Source: an archaeon
Lineage (GTDB): Archaea; Nanobdellota; Nanobdellia; Pacearchaeales; GW2011-AR1
Assembly: GCA_038121585.1 (NCBI GenBank)
Contig: JAYONY010000003.1
Location: forward strand, 25,866-89,865
Length of the DNA: 64,000 nucleotides
Reading direction: 5' to 3'
In this document: piece by piece, positions 59,607 through 64,000 of the stretch
Position numbering within the stretch: the first letter of the stretch is position 1
Layout: the number at the start of each line of letters is the position of its first letter
The notes under the pieces: model-generated
Database searches by the model: none
Seen by the model: the letters and a program-made list of their open reading frames with translations, nothing else
What the model was told of the DNA's origin: nothing
Program-made: the position numbers and the translations under genes

Positions 59607-62600
59607 AACGATATATCATTCTAACACTTTTACTCCTCGGGATGGTGAGTGGCCAGGTCCAAACCTGTGTTCAAAGCGTTACTGACGGCGTGTGCGTTGA
59701 ATATGCACCAGACGAATGCGCAAGTCAGTGTCAAGGAACATGCGTTCCAACACCATCAGATAACATCCCTGATTGTGCACTTGGGTATTGTGTAAGCCCT
59801 ACTACCGGAATGTGTGATCAGCAAGTACCCCACATAACCTGTGAAGCACTCGGAGGGGTGTGGTCAGCAACACCACTTGTGCAGTGTAATCTCGGATGTT
59901 GTCAATCAGCAGAAGGGGTCTTATTTAACACAGAAGCTGCATGTACGCAATACAGCGATATCACAGGAGTAGATACCACATGGCAAGGAGGACTAACTGA
60001 GCAAGAATGCCTTGTACTCAATCAAGTACAAGAAGAAGGAGCATGCCTCTTTGAAAATGAATTTGAGCCAAATGAATGTTCGTTTACAAGCACCTCTGAA
60101 TGTGCATCACTCGGCGGACAATTCTACCCAGGTTATTTATGCACTCATCCAGATTTAGGAACGGATTATGAAAAACAAGCAACAACAGGGTGCGTTGATG
60201 GTCGCGATGAAGTGTTCTGGTTTGACTCTGAAGGAAATCGAGAAAACGTGTATGATGCTAACAAAGTACGGAGTTTTAACGATGGCTTCTTGCAAAGCAC
60301 CCCTGAATGTGACCTCGCACTAGCAAACGATCCACTCGGCAATCAAGCAACGTGTGGAGCGTGCCAACGAGTAGGAAGTTTTGTAAGCACTACATGTGGC
60401 ACCCCAACACCAGGGGATGCACAGCCAGCAGAAGGCTCATTTGTTTGTCGCGACCTAACCTGCACAGATGATCAAGGAAACACTCGCCAACATGGAGAAT
60501 CGTGGTGTGCGTATGAAGGAGTAGTTGGATTTGCAGGGGAATCAAACGATGGACGAAGCCGTGACGTCCCAGGAAGTTCACATTACCGCATGGTTTGTAA
60601 TAATGGAGAAGTCGTTATTGACCAATGTCAAACAGCACGGCGAGAAATTTGTATTGAAAGTCAAGTAACAGGCCAGAGTAATGCAGATTGTAGAATTAAC
60701 GCATGGCAACAATGTGTATTTTACAATTCTGAACCAGACACCATGGTAGAAGATTGCACGAATGATGCATATTGCTCACTTAAGGAAGTTGCAGTTGATT
60801 CAGGCTTTGCATTCTCACGATGCGTTCCCCGCTTCCCACCGGGCTTTATTGAAGGGAACACTCGCAGCGAAGTTAGTGCAGAATCACTCTGTAGTTTAGC
60901 GAGTCAAAGCTGTGTTATATCCTACCAAAAAAGAAGCCTAGGAGGAGGGTATCGATGCATTAAGAATTGTAATTGTCGTGGCGCGATTTTTACTCAGACA
61001 ATGAATAACTTTTGCACGAGCCTCGGGGACTGTGGAGCAGCATACAATGTTGCAGGAACCTACACCGACACAGGGATGTCCTTTGCTGGAAAAGCACCCC
61101 CACCAACACAAGAGTATATTGATGCGCTCGGACTCATAGAAGCAGAAGAAGGAGCGTATATTGATGCTGCAGGATTTGAGATTAAAGATAATGCAGCAAT
61201 AACCGAGAATTTAGTTAGAGAGATAAACCAAATGCCCGTTAGCGCAGATGGCCTACACTTTGGAGAGTGGGACCGACTTCTTTTCGCGTGGGAAGAATAT
61301 CTCTCAAATCTTGGAAATCCAATAGATTTTGTGAATGCACTTTGGACAACCGCATGGGGCAATATCTTTGGAGGATTCGGTGAAGGTAAAACACGCTATG
61401 CTACTTTTGAATGCTTACCCTGGGATGCTCCCAGAGGAGGAGACGATTGCAGTGCGTGTGATGATAATGGACTCGGATGTACGGAATACAAGTGTTCAAC
61501 ACTTGGCAATTGTGAGTTCTTATTTGAAAATGAAGGCATTGAAGGGGCCCCGCTCTGTGTTGCCAATGATGTTAATGACGTTAATCCACCAGTTATTAGT
61601 CCAGGAACACTCGAAGGGAATCAACCATACGAATATGTTAATGTAGGGCCAAATGGGTTTACTATCCAACAAACAGACGGTAGTTGCCTCGAAGAATATA
61701 GCGCTGTAACAATATCGGTTGCAACAGATGAAGTGGCACGATGTAGAATTTCTGCAGAACCAGGACTTACGTACAGTTCCATGGAACACTTTGGAACACC
61801 AAACTACTTACTTGAACAATCTGAAACAGTGCCTATCCCAAGTCTCTCATCACTTTATCTCGATACACCAATACCGGATGATGTAGGAGATTATACGCTC
61901 TACATGCGATGTACTGACCGCAATGGTAATGGAGAAGAGGTTCAAGAATATGCAATTAATTATTGCATCAGTGAAGGTCTCGACCTTGAACCAGCAGAAA
62001 TAGGACCATTCGTTCCTGAAACAGGAGCTGTAGGGTTTGAAGCTGAAAACTATAATTTCCTCTTCTATGTTGGGGAACCAGCCGAGTGTCGATGGGACAC
62101 TCAAGACCTTGACTATTCGCTCATGCAACACGAAGCAGTATGTGCAACAGATTTCTTTGCAGGAACACTACAAGGATGGCCGTGTATTGTGCAAACACCA
62201 GTTGAAGATTTAGGCCCAACACTATATGTACGATGCCTTGACCAACCATGGATTGATGACCCAGACTTTGAAGCAACAGTTGAGGGCGCAGCACGCAACG
62301 CAAACCAGCAAAGTCAAACATACGATGTAGACTTTAGTACGAGCCCACTTGTAATTGAAGTTGTTAACCCAACAGGCGATGAACCAATTGTGACTGGGGC
62401 ACCACCAGCAATAATCGACTTAGAAATTACAACTTCAGGTGGACTTAACGGCAACGCACAATGTGAAGTAAGCTTTAATGGAGGGGTACAATACACCCCA
62501 TTCTTTACAACAGGCGGAAGCACGCATGAATACAATAATTTGCAAGCATACGACCAGGGCGACTACACCTATGATATGCAATGCATTGATACTGCAAGTA

Positions 62601-62890
62601 ATGAAGCTAACGCAAGTGTAACATTTACTGCAATCGTAGATACTGCGGGACCAACTATTACTCGCGCGTATGAGCTTAATGGATTGCTCCACGTAATAAC
62701 TAATGAACCTGGAGACTGCTCCTACAGCCTTGGAAGCTGTACGTTTGCATTTGATGATGGCCTGACCATGAGCAGTTTTGACATGGAACACACAACAGCA
62801 TATGAACAAGGACTCACTAAATATGTGAAGTGTCAAGACGAATTTGAGAATATAGGGCAATGCGTTGCCCTAGGTGGCGGGTATGCATAA
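59582..62890 (+). CDS. giant (1102 aa) secreted cysteine-rich protein, paralogue A
   Basis: Signal peptide MKRYIILTLLLLGMVSGQ. More than 80 Cys. Its N-terminal module is homologous to the ORF starting at 63690. Overlaps the upstream pilin-like gene by 25 nt. Confidence 0.6.
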   Translation: MRFTRRTMKRYIILTLLLLGMVSGQVQTCVQSVTDGVCVEYAPDECASQCQGTCVPTPSDNIPDCALGYCVSPTTGMCDQQVPHITCEALGGVWSATPLVQCNLGCCQSAEGVLFNTEAACTQYSDITGVDTTWQGGLTEQECLVLNQVQEEGACLFENEFEPNECSFTSTSECASLGGQFYPGYLCTHPDLGTDYEKQATTGCVDGRDEVFWFDSEGNRENVYDANKVRSFNDGFLQSTPECDLALANDPLGNQATCGACQRVGSFVSTTCGTPTPGDAQPAEGSFVCRDLTCTDDQGNTRQHGESWCAYEGVVGFAGESNDGRSRDVPGSSHYRMVCNNGEVVIDQCQTARREICIESQVTGQSNADCRINAWQQCVFYNSEPDTMVEDCTNDAYCSLKEVAVDSGFAFSRCVPRFPPGFIEGNTRSEVSAESLCSLASQSCVISYQKRSLGGGYRCIKNCNCRGAIFTQTMNNFCTSLGDCGAAYNVAGTYTDTGMSFAGKAPPPTQEYIDALGLIEAEEGAYIDAAGFEIKDNAAITENLVREINQMPVSADGLHFGEWDRLLFAWEEYLSNLGNPIDFVNALWTTAWGNIFGGFGEGKTRYATFECLPWDAPRGGDDCSACDDNGLGCTEYKCSTLGNCEFLFENEGIEGAPLCVANDVNDVNPPVISPGTLEGNQPYEYVNVGPNGFTIQQTDGSCLEEYSAVTISVATDEVARCRISAEPGLTYSSMEHFGTPNYLLEQSETVPIPSLSSLYLDTPIPDDVGDYTLYMRCTDRNGNGEEVQEYAINYCISEGLDLEPAEIGPFVPETGAVGFEAENYNFLFYVGEPAECRWDTQDLDYSLMQHEAVCATDFFAGTLQGWPCIVQTPVEDLGPTLYVRCLDQPWIDDPDFEATVEGAARNANQQSQTYDVDFSTSPLVIEVVNPTGDEPIVTGAPPAIIDLEITTSGGLNGNAQCEVSFNGGVQYTPFFTTGGSTHEYNNLQAYDQGDYTYDMQCIDTASNEANASVTFTAIVDTAGPTITRAYELNGLLHVITNEPGDCSYSLGSCTFAFDDGLTMSSFDMEHTTAYEQGLTKYVKCQDEFENIGQCVALGGGYA

Positions 62891-62928
62891 AGCTAAAGGA
62901 TTAAAAATATAGAGGGACTCAGTAGACT

Positions 62929-63693
62929 ATGCGCGGAAAAAAAGGACAGGTGACACTATTTATTTTCATAGCACTTTTGATTGTAGGAGCGCTAGTCGTG
63001 TATCAATTTTTCCCAGAATTTTTACCTGCACAACTCCAAACTGATGTTCGACCAACCAAATACTTACAGGAATGTATTAGTCCACACGTCGAAGAGATCA
63101 CTGCAGCAGTGTATACCCAAGGAGGGTATATCGACCCAACTCACTCACTAACCTACAGAGATACTGAAATACAATACTTGTGTTATACCGATGCAAATTT
63201 TGAACCGTGCCTCGTTATGCAACCGCTACTGCGCCAACACGTTGAAAACGAACTCGAAGACTACCTCACCCCCATAGCACAAACATGCGTTCGTGATCTT
63301 GAAGCAGAATATGAATCTCGCGGATTCACCGTACAAAGTTCGCTTGGAGATATGGAAGCAGAGTATGTTCCTGGAACACTCGAACTAAACTTTGATTCAA
63401 CCATGACCATAACCGGTGAAGGAACACAACAATTCGATCGGTTCGGGGTGAGCATTCCTTCAGAAATGTATAATTTACTCCTAACCGCGACAAATATTAT
63501 TCAGTTCGAATCAGTGTATGGGGATTCTGAAACGTTAGCATACATGCAGTTTTATCCTGATCTAAAAGTAGAAAAGATAAAAAGGGATGAGGATACCGTA
63601 TATATACTCACAAATGTCTTAACAGACGAGTCATTTACGTTTGCAACACGAAGCCTCGTCTGGCCGGCAGGATATGGAGCAAACGAACTATGA
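62929..63693 (+). CDS. class III signal peptide (pilin/archaellin-like) protein, paralogue B
   Basis: Leader MRGKKGQ then VTLFIFIALLIVGALVV. Aligns with the 58827 protein through QGGF/Y, YIC/YLC and VLPAGL/VWPAGY. Confidence 0.55.
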   Translation: MRGKKGQVTLFIFIALLIVGALVVYQFFPEFLPAQLQTDVRPTKYLQECISPHVEEITAAVYTQGGYIDPTHSLTYRDTEIQYLCYTDANFEPCLVMQPLLRQHVENELEDYLTPIAQTCVRDLEAEYESRGFTVQSSLGDMEAEYVPGTLELNFDSTMTITGEGTQQFDRFGVSIPSEMYNLLLTATNIIQFESVYGDSETLAYMQFYPDLKVEKIKRDEDTVYILTNVLTDESFTFATRSLVWPAGYGANEL

Positions 63694-64000
63694 AAAAACT
63701 AGGATTACTTTTTGGATTAACGATACTGCTACTTACGTTTGCAAGCGCACAAACAAGCACTGTTTGTTGTGAGCAGACAACGTCAGGAGCGTTATGTCAA
63801 AACGTTCCTGCATCAGAATGTGCTCCAGGAGCGCAACAAGTACCGACGGCATGTAGTTCAACCAGTTTTTGTCAACCAGGCGTCTGCTTTGACTCAACAG
63901 AAGGGATTTGCATGAGTAACACACCACAGCTTGTCTGTAATGACAATGGAGGCATTTGGAGTGCTACGGACGTACCACAATGTGAACTTGGGTGTTGCAT
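63690..64000 (+). CDS. N-terminal part of a second giant Cys-rich secreted protein, paralogue B (runs off the window)
   Basis: ATGA overlap with the upstream gene. Signal peptide MKKLGLLFGLTILLLTFASA. CNDNGGIWSATDVPQCELGCC parallels CEALGGVWSATPLVQCNLGCC in paralogue A. Confidence 0.5.
   Translation, partial: MKKLGLLFGLTILLLTFASAQTSTVCCEQTTSGALCQNVPASECAPGAQQVPTACSSTSFCQPGVCFDSTEGICMSNTPQLVCNDNGGIWSATDVPQCELGCC

Overview
This is a low-GC archaeal window, probably a DPANN-like lineage judging by rRNA and protein signatures. The first ~35 kb is mostly conserved informational genes. The exosome/proteasome superoperon is present as pop5, psmA, sbds, rrp4, rrp41 and rrp42. The rpoK-eno-rps2 cluster follows it, then a 16S - tRNA-Ala - 23S rRNA operon with no 5S gene. 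Further along are an unannotated RNase P RNA candidate, tRNA-Phe, a form III RuBisCO, and the S19e/L39e/L31e ribosomal cluster with cbf5 and trmY. A class II lysS and a doublet histone-fold gene close this part. From about 35.7 kb onward the window becomes a cell-surface island. It holds secreted proteins with dockerin-like repeats, PepSY, CARDB and lamin-tail domains. Two large membrane-anchored surface proteins sit in tandem. A membrane-anchored winged-helix regulator lies beside two promoters that share a conserved motif. Most notable is a duplicated two-gene module: an archaeal class III (type IV pilin-like) signal-peptide protein followed by a giant (~1100 aa) cysteine-rich secreted protein. 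This island also carries two toxin-antitoxin pairs with homologous antitoxins around a peroxiredoxin/TrxB/glutaredoxin redox cluster. Hjc, a primase with a long C-terminus and PCNA are here too. Other oddities are a bacterial-type sigma-70-like ORF, a VKOR homologue, a Kazal-like gene near an HtrA protease, and a direct repeat of the tRNA-Phe 3' end. All calls come from motif recognition by eye, without database searches.
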